Source of the DNA: Promethearchaeota archaeon
GTDB lineage: Archaea > Asgardarchaeota > Lokiarchaeia > Sigyniarchaeales > SOKP01
NCBI GenBank assembly: GCA_011364975.1
Contig: RDOE01000021.1
Span: forward strand, 1-43,029
DNA length: 43,029 nt
Reading direction: 5' to 3'
The position numbers and the translations under genes were made by a program. Below the pieces are notes generated by a model. It was not told the origin of the DNA. It saw nothing but the letters and a program-made list of their open reading frames with translations, and ran no database searches. Shown piece by piece: positions 9,371 to 19,509 of the stretch (positions are counted from its first letter, which is position 1; each line of letters begins with the position of its first letter).

Positions 9371-10486
9371 TTGCTTTTCATGTGCTATGTCCTACAAGAT
9401 GAGAAACTCATAAAAATTGAAGAAAAAACGAAAATATTCAAATATGAATTTTTGAGTTCCTATATTCCAATGTGGAATAAAATACTCTGCGGAAATAAAC
9501 GAAGAAAAAGAGCCTTAATTGATACTCATGCAGGGACAGGAAAAGTAAAATTGAACGATAAAGAAATTTATGGTTCGAGTATATTATTTTTAGAAAAGAC
9601 TGCTTTGAAACAAGAACTCCTTCAGTTTTACTTTATAGAAAAGGATTATGACAAATATCATACTTTGAGAGAAATCGTAGATAAAGTGTGTGAAAAGGGG
9701 TTTTATTTTCCTGATGTATATGGAAAAAAAACAATAGTTATAGAAAAAAGTGGTTTACCTTATGAAATTAAAGTACCACTCTATAATTCGAAAGTAAAAC
9801 GTCCTAATCCGGATCAAATACAAATTTTAAGAGGAGATTGTGTAAGCTTAATCGATAATATATTAGAGGAGATAAAAGATATTCCCGCCTTCTTTTTTAT
9901 AGATCCATGTGGTAAATTTGCATGGGAACTAATTGAAAAAATAGGAGAAAATAGATTTTTTGATCAACAGGGAAAAATGAAGCTGAATGAACAAGGTAGA
10001 AAAATTGATGGAACAGAATTATTTATCAATTTTTCCTGGGAAGCAATATTAAGAAATAAAAATAAAGATGAAAAAGACAAATTTTTTCAAGAAATGTATG
10101 GTTTGAATTGGGATGGGATGCGAGAAGCATTAAAAAGAGCAAAATCAACTAAAATAAAAAATAGAGAAAAATTTACTGAATATGATTTGTATATTGAAGT
10201 ATATAAGGAGAAGTTACAAAAATATTTTGATTTTGTCATTGAAATGTCGATAGTGGGCGTAAAATCTGAGAAAAATCCAATTTATGCTATGATTTTTTGT
10301 AGTAATAATGAAATTGCTAAAAATTTATATGAAAATAAAGAAGTTGCATTAAATAAAACAAAAAAAACATATCTCTACCTAAAGGAGAAATCTCTTAATA
10401 AAAAAGAATTTACCTATGAAAAATATAGAGCTTTCATGCAAAATCAGAAGTCTTTGGATGAGTTTTTCAATAAAGAAATAACATAA
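9371..10486 (+). CDS. Three-Cys-motif partner (TcmP / GMT-like) SAM-dependent methyltransferase-fold protein with C-terminal PIP box
   Basis: T..K...L..Y...W..IL, IDTHAGTG, GSS, FIEKD, GDC, FFFIDPCG, ELFINF motifs; ends QKSLDEFF; the start may be the ATG at 9380. Confidence 0.8.
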   Translation: MLFMCYVLQDEKLIKIEEKTKIFKYEFLSSYIPMWNKILCGNKRRKRALIDTHAGTGKVKLNDKEIYGSSILFLEKTALKQELLQFYFIEKDYDKYHTLREIVDKVCEKGFYFPDVYGKKTIVIEKSGLPYEIKVPLYNSKVKRPNPDQIQILRGDCVSLIDNILEEIKDIPAFFFIDPCGKFAWELIEKIGENRFFDQQGKMKLNEQGRKIDGTELFINFSWEAILRNKNKDEKDKFFQEMYGLNWDGMREALKRAKSTKIKNREKFTEYDLYIEVYKEKLQKYFDFVIEMSIVGVKSEKNPIYAMIFCSNNEIAKNLYENKEVALNKTKKTYLYLKEKSLNKKEFTYEKYRAFMQNQKSLDEFFNKEIT

Positions 10487-10531
10487 TCTTTTTAGAATAT
10501 AATTTTAATAAGATCAGAAAGGTACAAGATC

Positions 10532-11326
10532 ATGGTCGGACTTTTAATTAAGAAGATTACGGCTGGAACAAAAGAATGGGCTTCATCAAATATTAATATT
10601 TTTTTTGGTTGTCAGCACAATTGTCGCTATTGTTATGCAAAGAAAATAGCTATTAGATTTAATCGAAAATCAGAAGATACATGGAAAGTAATGGAATTAA
10701 ATCCTAATAAATTATTACAGAATTTCCGAAGACGTTCCGGGCGAATTATGTTTCCTACGTCTCATGATATTATTCCAGAATTCAAAAGCGAGTGTTTTCA
10801 AGTACTTGAAAAGATTCTAGAGGTGGGAAATCTTGTTCTAATAACTACTAAACCCCATTTAGAAGTAATTAAAGCTATCTGTAGAGATTTCTTCTATTAT
10901 AAAGATCTTATACAATTTCGATTTACCATCACCTCAATTGATAATAATTTACTACGATTTTGGGAAGAAGGAGCCCCAACTTTTGAAGAACGATTTGAAT
11001 CTTTGAAATTTGCTTTTAAAATGAATTATAAAACCAGTGTCTCAATTGAACCTTTTTTAGATTCTAACCCTAAGAAATTGATTGATACAATATATCCCTA
11101 TATTTCTGAAACTATATGGATTGGAAAAATGAACTATATAAGCCAAAATAAAATACCTAAAGAAGATAGAGCAAATTATAAAAAAATTAGGATGATCTAT
11201 TCTCATAAAAATCTCTTATCGATTATTCACTCTCTTGAAAGCTATAAGAAAGTACGTTATAAAGACAGCATCAGGAAATATGATTTTCAAATTCCGTCAT
11301 ATCAAGCCCCCAAGCTTTTTAATTAA
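10532..11326 (+). CDS. Radical SAM protein, DUF5131 (Gp37/Gp68)/spore-photoproduct-lyase-like
   Basis: EWA..NIN...GCQHNCRYCYA (CX3CX2C), ITTK, FTITS, EEGAP..EER, VSIEP, IWIG. Confidence 0.8.
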   Translation: MVGLLIKKITAGTKEWASSNINIFFGCQHNCRYCYAKKIAIRFNRKSEDTWKVMELNPNKLLQNFRRRSGRIMFPTSHDIIPEFKSECFQVLEKILEVGNLVLITTKPHLEVIKAICRDFFYYKDLIQFRFTITSIDNNLLRFWEEGAPTFEERFESLKFAFKMNYKTSVSIEPFLDSNPKKLIDTIYPYISETIWIGKMNYISQNKIPKEDRANYKKIRMIYSHKNLLSIIHSLESYKKVRYKDSIRKYDFQIPSYQAPKLFN

Positions 11327-11431
11327 GAAATGTTAGATTATTTTACGATAAATTGCATAACCATTCGTAAATAAATACGATTATTATTTCTGAATCTATA
11401 TACCAAGCTTTTCAAAAATCAAGGGTTCTTT

Positions 11432-12010
11432 ATGAGTATAAAAGTTAAAAAGGAAGAAAGCAACTCCAAAGCAATAATCGTTCCTATTATTAAGGGGATG
11501 GAAGTAATAAAAATTACAATCAATGGTGGACTAATCCCTCTGAAGAGAAACATTAATTTTAAAGAATTTACAGAAAAATTATTACCACTTCTAATGGACC
11601 TTGAAAATTTTTTAGAGTTATCTCAAATTACAATACATCAAACAAAAGAAAAATTGAAACCCGTAATATATGAAGAAGAAAAAGCATATCCTAATCAATG
11701 GGATATCTCTACAATAAAATCCTTTTGGTTTGATTTAGATGATAAACAACGAGAATTTGTAAAAATTGTGTACGATAATGAAGAATTAGAGCGTGAACAT
11801 TTAACTGATGACCTGGTTAGAAAAAATATCCTACCTAATGATGATACAAAAAAGTATAAATTAGCAGGAATCTCTGCGGCTTTATCTAGGAAATGGAATT
11901 CATTACAGCTACAACCATTATGGATTATTAAAAAAGGAAAATACATAATGAATTTGGAAGTTATAGATCTTCTTTCCAAATTCTTAGAAAATGGAAATCA
12001 TTCAAATTAG
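11432..12010 (+). CDS. Hypothetical protein with probable C-terminal winged-helix domain
   Basis: W....F...LDDKQREFVKIV...LEREHL...KLAGISAALSRK...LW....GKY resembles a wHTH; co-oriented with the two upstream genes. Confidence 0.55.
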   Translation: MSIKVKKEESNSKAIIVPIIKGMEVIKITINGGLIPLKRNINFKEFTEKLLPLLMDLENFLELSQITIHQTKEKLKPVIYEEEKAYPNQWDISTIKSFWFDLDDKQREFVKIVYDNEELEREHLTDDLVRKNILPNDDTKKYKLAGISAALSRKWNSLQLQPLWIIKKGKYIMNLEVIDLLSKFLENGNHSN

Positions 12011-12028
12011 ACTTTTTGAAGATTTTGT

Positions 12029-13009
12029 TTAAATTACAAGATAAACTTTATATTTATCCATGAAATATCCTATGAAATATATAATTACAACGTTAAGGCT
12101 AGCAACAAGAAAAACAAGATAAATTGGGGCATTAAAAGGGAGTATTTCGTAGACTATATAGATTAAAATTATATGAATTAAGTATAAAAAGAACGCATTT
12201 CTTCCCAAGTTTATAATTAAATTACCTCTAATCGAGATCTGAGTATAATTTCTATTTCTATCAAAAACAGTATAGATTAAATTAAATAATAATGCAGAAA
12301 TTCCTACACTCAATAGAACATATGAAACAGAAACATATTGACGACTTATTTTCCAGGAATAACTTAAAATTATTCCAGAAAATATCAATAATACCGCCCC
12401 AATTAGCATATAATTCCTTTTACTCTGACTTTTTATACTTTCATAGAAAATCGATGATAATAGAATCATTGCACCCCAAGCAAATATACTATAGATCCCT
12501 CCTTCAACAGAATCATAAATTAAATGTTCAAATCCATTCATTAAAATAAATTGATGAATTATTAAAGCAATTAATGCAAATGCTAACCGAAAATAATATT
12601 TCAATTCAATTACTAATAATAAAAACAAACCAGAACTACCAAGTATTTGAAGAGTACCCCATCTAAGTATAAGTCGGTTTGCTTCGATATCGATACTGAA
12701 AATTAAACCGATAATAATGAAAATAATAAAGCGTCGCAAGTGCCGTATAATCGCATCTTTTCTACCCAATAATACTAATCGCTTACTGTAAGAAAGATGG
12801 GTATTTATGGCTAACATAAAAACAAAGAAGGGCGCCACTAAATCTACATATGTTATCCCATACACTACAGCATGCTTACTCCATCCGGGTATATTTTCAT
12901 ATGGTCTAAGAGTATTCACAAAAACCATTAGGATTATAGATATTCCTTTAAAAATATCTATACTCAAATACCGTTTAGAATTCTTTACCTCACTCTTCGA
13001 TTCTGACAT
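12029..13009 (-). CDS. HGSNAT-like (heparan-alpha-glucosaminide N-acetyltransferase domain) membrane acyltransferase
   Basis: RYLSIDIFKG..I.LMVFVN, KHA (candidate catalytic His), G.T..DLVAPFF.F, GTLQ; about 10 TM helices. Confidence 0.8.
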   Translation of the reverse strand: MSESKSEVKNSKRYLSIDIFKGISIILMVFVNTLRPYENIPGWSKHAVVYGITYVDLVAPFFVFMLAINTHLSYSKRLVLLGRKDAIIRHLRRFIIFIIIGLIFSIDIEANRLILRWGTLQILGSSGLFLLLVIELKYYFRLAFALIALIIHQFILMNGFEHLIYDSVEGGIYSIFAWGAMILLSSIFYESIKSQSKRNYMLIGAVLLIFSGIILSYSWKISRQYVSVSYVLLSVGISALLFNLIYTVFDRNRNYTQISIRGNLIINLGRNAFFLYLIHIILIYIVYEILPFNAPIYLVFLVASLNVVIIYFIGYFMDKYKVYLVI

Positions 13010-13169
13010 TAATTTGCATTGTTTTAGTAAATATTTAATTTAGATAATAGAAAATGCGGTATAAAGTTTTATTAATCTCAAAACAAATATAGAATTTATT
13101 TAAATAAAATCATCTATAATAATAAGCTAATTATATAACAAATTAGAATCAGGGAATGAATGGTAAATC

Positions 13170-15353
13170 ATGACAGTAACTAATAATAGAATTAGACATA
13201 TTCTTAAGGCAATCGCTTTAGACACAGGTGGTACAATGACAGATAGTTTCATAATTGATGAAAATGGCTCTTTTACAATAGGCAAGGCATTAACAACTGG
13301 AAAAGAGGAATCAATAGGAATATTCAACTCAATAGCAGATTCCTTACATGAATGGGGTACAACTTTAGGAGAGTCAGGTAAAGAAGTAGAAGCTTTGGTA
13401 TATTCTGGGACTGCAATGTTAAATAGATTATTAGAGCGTGAAGGAAATAGCAATATTGGAGTTATTGTAAATGCTGGATTCGAAGATCTTCACCGATTGG
13501 GAAGAGCTTTACAGTGCTGGATGTGGCTCGATTATGGAGGTAGATTACATGCTCGTGAACATGAACACCCAAAGCCTCTAGTTCCAAGAAAAAATTTTAA
13601 AGGTGTAAGAGGAAGAATAAATTTTTGGGGCGAAGAATTAATTCCTCTTTATGAAAGGGATGTTGAAAAAGTAGTTGAAGAATTAATTGAAATGGAAGTA
13701 AATAGCATTTGTGTTTGTTTACTCTGTTCTTATATGAATGCTAACCATGAAATGGAAGTGGAACGCATTGCAAAAAAAGTTATGGAAAGTAAGGGAAAAA
13801 ATATACCAATAATTCTCTCATATGAACATAATCCTATAAGAGGCGAAACGCCTAGGCTTAATGCACTCCTAATTGAACAATATGCGGCAGAACCTTCTAG
13901 AGATCAATTAAAGGGTATTGCAAAAAGATTTGAAAGAGAGGGAATAGCAGCTCCTCTTAGAATCCTAACAAGCTATGGAGGGACTATGTCTCCTTATTCA
14001 AAATCACTAATTCCAACTATGGTATCAGGACCTATAGGTGGTATGATCGGAAGCAAATTTATAGCTGAGAGATATGGAATTAAGAACCTAGTATCTTCAG
14101 ATGTCGGAGGAACGAGTTTTGATGTAGGTTTAACCATGGAAAAATATGTACCAACAAAATGGGAAAGTTCCCTTGGAGGATTTATTCTCAATATTCCAAT
14201 GATCGCTTTAGATTCTATTGGAGCGGGTACTGGGATGTATGTTCGATATAATGATATTTCTGGAAGACTAGAGTTTGGTCCTGAAAGTGCAGGATATCTA
14301 ATTGGAGTATGTAATGAGCAATCAGGAGTTGATCAAGTTACCATGACGGATTGTAGTTTAATTCTTGGGTATTTAAATCCAGAATACTTTCTTGGAGGTA
14401 GAGTCCCTTTAAATAAAAAACGTGCTTATAAATATATTGAAGAACAGTTAGCTACACCTATTAAAGCAGATCCTTATGATACGGCAAGGGGTGCTTTAGA
14501 TTTAATTGAGATAAATATGAAGAACCATCTTAATGGAATGATTCAAGGACTTGGATTCCGGCCTGAAAACTATGTTCTTATAAGTTTTGGAGGGGGAGGT
14601 CCACTTCATGTAGCAGGATATTCGAAGGGATTAACTTTTCAAGATATCATGATCCCAGAATGGGCTCCAGCATTCTCCGCTTATGGATGCGCATGTGCAG
14701 ATCATTCATACCGACATGAAATTTCAGTAGATTTGGTTATTGATCCCGAGTGGGCAATGAGTGGATTTGTTGCATCCATGCTTAGTTCTACGTGGAGCGA
14801 CTTGAAGGATAAGATTAAAAGTGAATTTGAAAAAGAAGGGAGAGATCCTAATAAAATGGAGTTTAGACCATCGCTTAAATTACAATATTTTGGAATGTTA
14901 AAAGATTTAGAAGTAGAGTCACCTGTTGAGGTATTAGCTGCGGAATATTCGCCAGAATTAGAACGATTTGATTCCCCTGAATTAAAAGAAATCCTTCAAA
15001 GGTATGATGATCTTTTTGAAAGAATCTTCCGAAGAGGAACTAAAAGTCCAGAACTAGGGTATCATGTAACTAAAGCGGTAGGAACTGGCGTGATACCCGT
15101 ACCTAAACCTAAATTACCCAAATATGAGTTAGGTGACAAGAAACCAAATGGTGAAGCCTCAAAAGGTGTAAGAGAGACTTATTGGGGTGGGAAATGGTAT
15201 GAATCTTCGATTTGGGAAATGAAGTTGCTTAATTCAGGAAACATTATAGAAGGACCAGCTGTCATAGAAGCTCCTGCAACTACATTAGTCGTGCCCCCAA
15301 ATTATCAAGTAAATCTCGATAAACATAGAATTTTTCATATGGAGGTTAAATAA
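13170..15353 (+). CDS. acxA: Acetone carboxylase beta subunit (hydantoinase A/oxoprolinase family)
   Basis: DTGGTMTD, SGTAMLNRL, SGPIGG, DVGGTSFD, DSIGAGTG, FGGGGPLH, GPAVIE; operon with alpha and gamma subunits. Confidence 0.85.
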   Translation: MTVTNNRIRHILKAIALDTGGTMTDSFIIDENGSFTIGKALTTGKEESIGIFNSIADSLHEWGTTLGESGKEVEALVYSGTAMLNRLLEREGNSNIGVIVNAGFEDLHRLGRALQCWMWLDYGGRLHAREHEHPKPLVPRKNFKGVRGRINFWGEELIPLYERDVEKVVEELIEMEVNSICVCLLCSYMNANHEMEVERIAKKVMESKGKNIPIILSYEHNPIRGETPRLNALLIEQYAAEPSRDQLKGIAKRFEREGIAAPLRILTSYGGTMSPYSKSLIPTMVSGPIGGMIGSKFIAERYGIKNLVSSDVGGTSFDVGLTMEKYVPTKWESSLGGFILNIPMIALDSIGAGTGMYVRYNDISGRLEFGPESAGYLIGVCNEQSGVDQVTMTDCSLILGYLNPEYFLGGRVPLNKKRAYKYIEEQLATPIKADPYDTARGALDLIEINMKNHLNGMIQGLGFRPENYVLISFGGGGPLHVAGYSKGLTFQDIMIPEWAPAFSAYGCACADHSYRHEISVDLVIDPEWAMSGFVASMLSSTWSDLKDKIKSEFEKEGRDPNKMEFRPSLKLQYFGMLKDLEVESPVEVLAAEYSPELERFDSPELKEILQRYDDLFERIFRRGTKSPELGYHVTKAVGTGVIPVPKPKLPKYELGDKKPNGEASKGVRETYWGGKWYESSIWEMKLLNSGNIIEGPAVIEAPATTLVVPPNYQVNLDKHRIFHMEVK

Positions 15354-15356
15354 AAA

Positions 15357-17573
15357 ATGGAAAGAAAACCAATTGGATGGAATGGAAGGACTCTTAAAGA
15401 AATGCTTGAGGAGAGTGAGAAAAGATTAAAAGAAAAAAAAAGTTATTATGGCATCGAAAAACTTATTTTAAAAGAGCAAAATCCTTTTAGATATGAACGT
15501 GCATATGCCAGTTTAAGAGGTGCCCTTGTATCAGCAAGAGAAACGGCTCTACATGTAGCAGCATCACCAATTGTAACTGAAATTGGAGAACTTTGTTTTG
15601 GACTTTACACTCCAGAAGGGGACTCTATTGCAGTTTCAACCGGCATCTTAGTTCATGTTCATACCATGAGTGAAGGGATCAAGTTCATGATTAGGGAAGG
15701 ATATGAAGATGATCCAACAATAAACCAAGGAGATATATTCCTAAATAATGATCCTCAATGTGGAAATGTCCATACGACTGATGTACAAACGTTAATACCC
15801 ATTTTTTGGAAAGATGAGTTAATAGGTTGGGCTGGTGGAGTTACTCATCAAATTGATATAGGCGGGATTACTCCAGGTCATACATTAGTCTCATCAATTC
15901 AGAGATTTGATGATGGAGTCTATTATACTTGTCTAAAAATAGGATCTAATGATAAAATTTGGCGAGATCATATGATCACCGCTAAAAAATCAGTTAGAAG
16001 CCCCATGTATTGGGAATTAGACGAAAAATGCCGCCTTTCAGGAGATTTAATGATAAGAGATGCTGTATATGACTTCATAGAACAAGAAGGAATTGATTTT
16101 TATAAACAATTTGTCAGAGAAGCAATTGAGGAAGGAAGACAAATTGTCCAAAAACGAGTAAAGGAACGACTAATTCCAGGAAGGTACAGAGCAGCCTCTT
16201 TTATGGATTTACCGATGAAAAATCAAGCATGGGTTCCAATTGCAAGAGTTGATAAGATATCTAATCACCCTAATGAAATTATTGTAAAAGAAGATGGAAC
16301 ATTTTCATTATCGTTTGATGGAGCTAGCGCAGGAGGAGCAAATGCCTTTAATTGTGACAAAGGAGCGATGGAGGGAGGTCAGTGGGTTCTATTAACGCAG
16401 ATTCTTATCTATGGTGACAAAGTTAATGATGGAGCATATTATGCTGTTGATAAAGACTATCCATTAGGTTCATGGGCAAATCCCAACGATCCATATCTTT
16501 CATATCAAGCACCATGGGGAAATTTAATACCTGCTTATACAACGATGATGAAATGTTTATCTTATGGTTTATTTGCTAGAGGATTTAGGGAAGAGGTAGT
16601 TCCAGGTTATGGATTCACTGGAGATTCCATACAAGGAGGGGGTGTTTATAATGCAGGACCTTTAGAAGGTGAAAGATGGATGTTATCAACATTCGAGATT
16701 TCAGGTCAAGGCTTAGGAGCGAGTGCAGTTAGGGATGGGCTTAATTGGGGTTACGCCATGTGGAATCCAGAATCAGACTTAGGAGATGTTGAAACCTGGG
16801 AGTTATTTCAAGGTGGCATTCCATATTTATCCCGGAAAGTAAAACCTAATACACCTGGTTATGGTAAATACCGAGGTGGTGCTAATTATGAATCTGTAGC
16901 GTTTATAGCTAATTCAGAAAAAGTAGAATTCTTTGCAGGTAGGGAAGGCTTAGTTTTTCATGGTTCTGGAGGAATGCATGGAGGATATCCTAATTCAACG
17001 AGTTATAGATTGCTAGCTACTAATACAAATTTGCAGGAGATCTTCCAAAATAAGCAAGATTATCCCATAAGCGATCCAGATCCGAGTAATGGAGATTTTG
17101 AAAAGTTATTAAAAGGAAATATTGAGAGAAAACCGATAGGAACTATATATCCAATTTCTCTTAATAATTATGATATAATCCACTTCTCAGAAAGTGGTGG
17201 TCCGGGATATGGTGACCCTATTGAGCGCAAACTTGAAAATGTAAAACAAGATTTAGACAATGGATTTTATACTCTAGATGTAGTCAGTAAAGTGTTTGGT
17301 GTTGTTGCGATGTTTAATAATGAAACCAACGAATGGATAATTGATGAACAAGCAACTAAAAATCGTAGGAATGAAATCATTGAGGAAAGAAAACAAAAAT
17401 CTCTATCATTTGAAGAATTCTGGGAAGGGGAAAGAAAAAAAATAACTGAAGGCAAGTTATATGAGGCAGTTAAGGTCATGTATGCAGAAAGTTTAAAATT
17501 ATCAAAAAAGTGGGGTAAAGAATTTAGAGAATTTTGGAAATTTCCAGAGAGTTTTCAAATTGAGGTGAGTTAA
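15357..17573 (+). CDS. acxB: Acetone carboxylase alpha subunit (hydantoinase B family)
   Basis: ARETA..VAASPIV...GELCF.LY..EGD, STGI.VHV.TM, NND, VHTTD, GVTH, GYGKYRGG, GG.GYGDP; the metal-ligand pattern E/H-x2-D/H is present. Confidence 0.87.
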   Translation: MERKPIGWNGRTLKEMLEESEKRLKEKKSYYGIEKLILKEQNPFRYERAYASLRGALVSARETALHVAASPIVTEIGELCFGLYTPEGDSIAVSTGILVHVHTMSEGIKFMIREGYEDDPTINQGDIFLNNDPQCGNVHTTDVQTLIPIFWKDELIGWAGGVTHQIDIGGITPGHTLVSSIQRFDDGVYYTCLKIGSNDKIWRDHMITAKKSVRSPMYWELDEKCRLSGDLMIRDAVYDFIEQEGIDFYKQFVREAIEEGRQIVQKRVKERLIPGRYRAASFMDLPMKNQAWVPIARVDKISNHPNEIIVKEDGTFSLSFDGASAGGANAFNCDKGAMEGGQWVLLTQILIYGDKVNDGAYYAVDKDYPLGSWANPNDPYLSYQAPWGNLIPAYTTMMKCLSYGLFARGFREEVVPGYGFTGDSIQGGGVYNAGPLEGERWMLSTFEISGQGLGASAVRDGLNWGYAMWNPESDLGDVETWELFQGGIPYLSRKVKPNTPGYGKYRGGANYESVAFIANSEKVEFFAGREGLVFHGSGGMHGGYPNSTSYRLLATNTNLQEIFQNKQDYPISDPDPSNGDFEKLLKGNIERKPIGTIYPISLNNYDIIHFSESGGPGYGDPIERKLENVKQDLDNGFYTLDVVSKVFGVVAMFNNETNEWIIDEQATKNRRNEIIEERKQKSLSFEEFWEGERKKITEGKLYEAVKVMYAESLKLSKKWGKEFREFWKFPESFQIEVS

Positions 17574-17576
17574 ATT

Positions 17577-18068
17577 ATGAAGGAAGATAAAAAGACTTTA
17601 GAAAGGATGCTGGAAGGTAATTTACCATGGAATCAATTAAAACCAATTATTGGTGATCAAAAAGATTCCAATAGGTTCGATAAAATATTAGAGATACTTC
17701 AAGCGAAAGTAAAGTGGAATGAGAAAATTTTATTACCTCTTCATGAGCACCTTTATGTTGTTGCAAAAGATGGTAAAAGAATAGTGAAATGTGATTGTGG
17801 ATATGAGTTCGGAGATTATCAAATCAATTGGAAAACCAAATGTAGAATCAGAGTGAGAGATACAATTGAAACTATTGAGCAGCTTTATCCAAAATATATG
17901 GGGAGTGATCCAGAGTGGGAAGAATTAAGAGAATATTATTGTCCAGGCTGTTTTATTCTTTTAGATGTTGAAGCAGTACCTCCAGGATATCCAACGATTT
18001 TTAATTTCTTGCCAGATATTGATACATTCTATGAGAAATGGTTAAGTAGAAAAGCGCCAGATAAATAA
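17577..18068 (+). CDS. acxC: Acetone carboxylase gamma subunit
   Basis: KCDCGYEFGDY..NWK...EYYCPGC...VEA.PP.YP....F.PDID.FY..WL zinc-binding gamma-subunit pattern. Confidence 0.9.
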   Translation: MKEDKKTLERMLEGNLPWNQLKPIIGDQKDSNRFDKILEILQAKVKWNEKILLPLHEHLYVVAKDGKRIVKCDCGYEFGDYQINWKTKCRIRVRDTIETIEQLYPKYMGSDPEWEELREYYCPGCFILLDVEAVPPGYPTIFNFLPDIDTFYEKWLSRKAPDK

Positions 18069-18145
18069 AACTTTACAATCTTTTTATTTAATATGTTTTT
18101 CCTAAAAATTAATAATTTAATTAAAGATATCAACTAATTCTCATA

Positions 18146-19417
18146 CTAAATATATGAACTAAAAAGACTTTCTTTTTTTGGAAACAAGGTTTCAATCAAT
18201 AATTTTGATGATGGAGATACTATAGCATCTCTTATAATATAGTTTAACTCATCTATCGTACGGTCACCTAACAATAATTTAAACAAAAAAGCACCTGGGA
18301 TTCTAAGATCAGTAATTTGAGGATTGGGATATTCTGGTTTAATTTCCACATTAGTAAGTATTCCACTTTTAAAATTTAATATAAAAGTACTTTGATAATC
18401 ACTAATTCTTAAGATTTTAGTTAAACCAGAAAATTTGGAATTTTTCAATCTATTTTCAATAATGGGTTTTATTTGATAAAAAAAGCGTTGCAAGTGAGGG
18501 ATTTTTATTTGCCATCCGTAAGTTGAGGCAGGTTCTCCTCCTAAAGATAAAATATATCTATAAAAGGGTGAGACTTCGCTTGTACTAAGTGTGATTATAT
18601 CATTTTCATGATAACTTCCCATAGTTTTGATGAATTGAAGTAATGTTATCATTTCTCTATTATTTAAATTAGGGTTAATAATTTCATAATTTTGATTATC
18701 ATAACTCAAACCTAGTGAAAAATAATTAGTTTTTACACCATTAGTTTCAAAAATGTAAGTGGAACGAATTTCTGAGTTAAATTGGCTATTTAAGTATTTA
18801 AATTTAAAACATTCGGGATCGAATATGTTATAAATATAGAAATTCTCATGAAATTGATTATATTTAGATTCAATAAAAGTAATATCGTTTGTAGTAGCTT
18901 TTCTAAGAGTTATGGTGTCATACTTCTTGTTTGGGATTTTAGATACTGGAATTGATATTCGCTCATCAAGCAATGAGACATATTCATATCCAAGTGAACG
19001 ATAATAGAAGGGGATACCTCTAATTACTGAAAGATTATATCCATTTTGATGCATTATTTTTTCATATAATTCATTTAAAATTTTAATAAAGCCTCTTCCC
19101 CGATATTCTTCAAGAGTTCCAACAAATTCCATTTCACATATTGGGAGTTTATTGCCATCAATTTGCCATTCTAAAGGAGCTAAGCATATAGAAGAAGCTA
19201 GCTTATTTTCTTTTTGATCTTTAATAAATAAAAATAGAATTTTATTTCTAAGTGGATGTTCTAGGATCACCCGGCGAATAAAAGTCTCTATTACCTCTTC
19301 TTGATGAACTCTTAAATTTAGATTGATAATAGCATTTAAATCCTCTTCTGTCTCCTCAGCTATATGTATACTGAACTGCTCATCAATCTTTGCGTTGTAA
19401 CCCTTTTCAAATTTCAT
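18146..19417 (-). CDS. GNAT acetyltransferase, Eis-like (tandem GNAT + C-terminal SCP2-like)
   Basis: VGTLEEYRGRG acetyl-CoA loop, GIPFYYRSLGYE; 423 aa. Confidence 0.8.
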   Translation of the reverse strand: MKFEKGYNAKIDEQFSIHIAEETEEDLNAIINLNLRVHQEEVIETFIRRVILEHPLRNKILFLFIKDQKENKLASSICLAPLEWQIDGNKLPICEMEFVGTLEEYRGRGFIKILNELYEKIMHQNGYNLSVIRGIPFYYRSLGYEYVSLLDERISIPVSKIPNKKYDTITLRKATTNDITFIESKYNQFHENFYIYNIFDPECFKFKYLNSQFNSEIRSTYIFETNGVKTNYFSLGLSYDNQNYEIINPNLNNREMITLLQFIKTMGSYHENDIITLSTSEVSPFYRYILSLGGEPASTYGWQIKIPHLQRFFYQIKPIIENRLKNSKFSGLTKILRISDYQSTFILNFKSGILTNVEIKPEYPNPQITDLRIPGAFLFKLLLGDRTIDELNYIIRDAIVSPSSKLLIETLFPKKESLFSSYI

Positions 19418-19509
19418 ACATTTGTAAATATTTAACTTTATTTCAACTTTATTAAATTATAAGTTTCATTTATCTTAGTAGAATTTGTCAATTTTTTGTA
19501 TTAATAAAA

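Noticed and set aside
9198-12028. TcmP cassette as a bounded mobile element
   Set aside because: No integrase, transposase, tRNA site or convincing flanking direct repeats were seen
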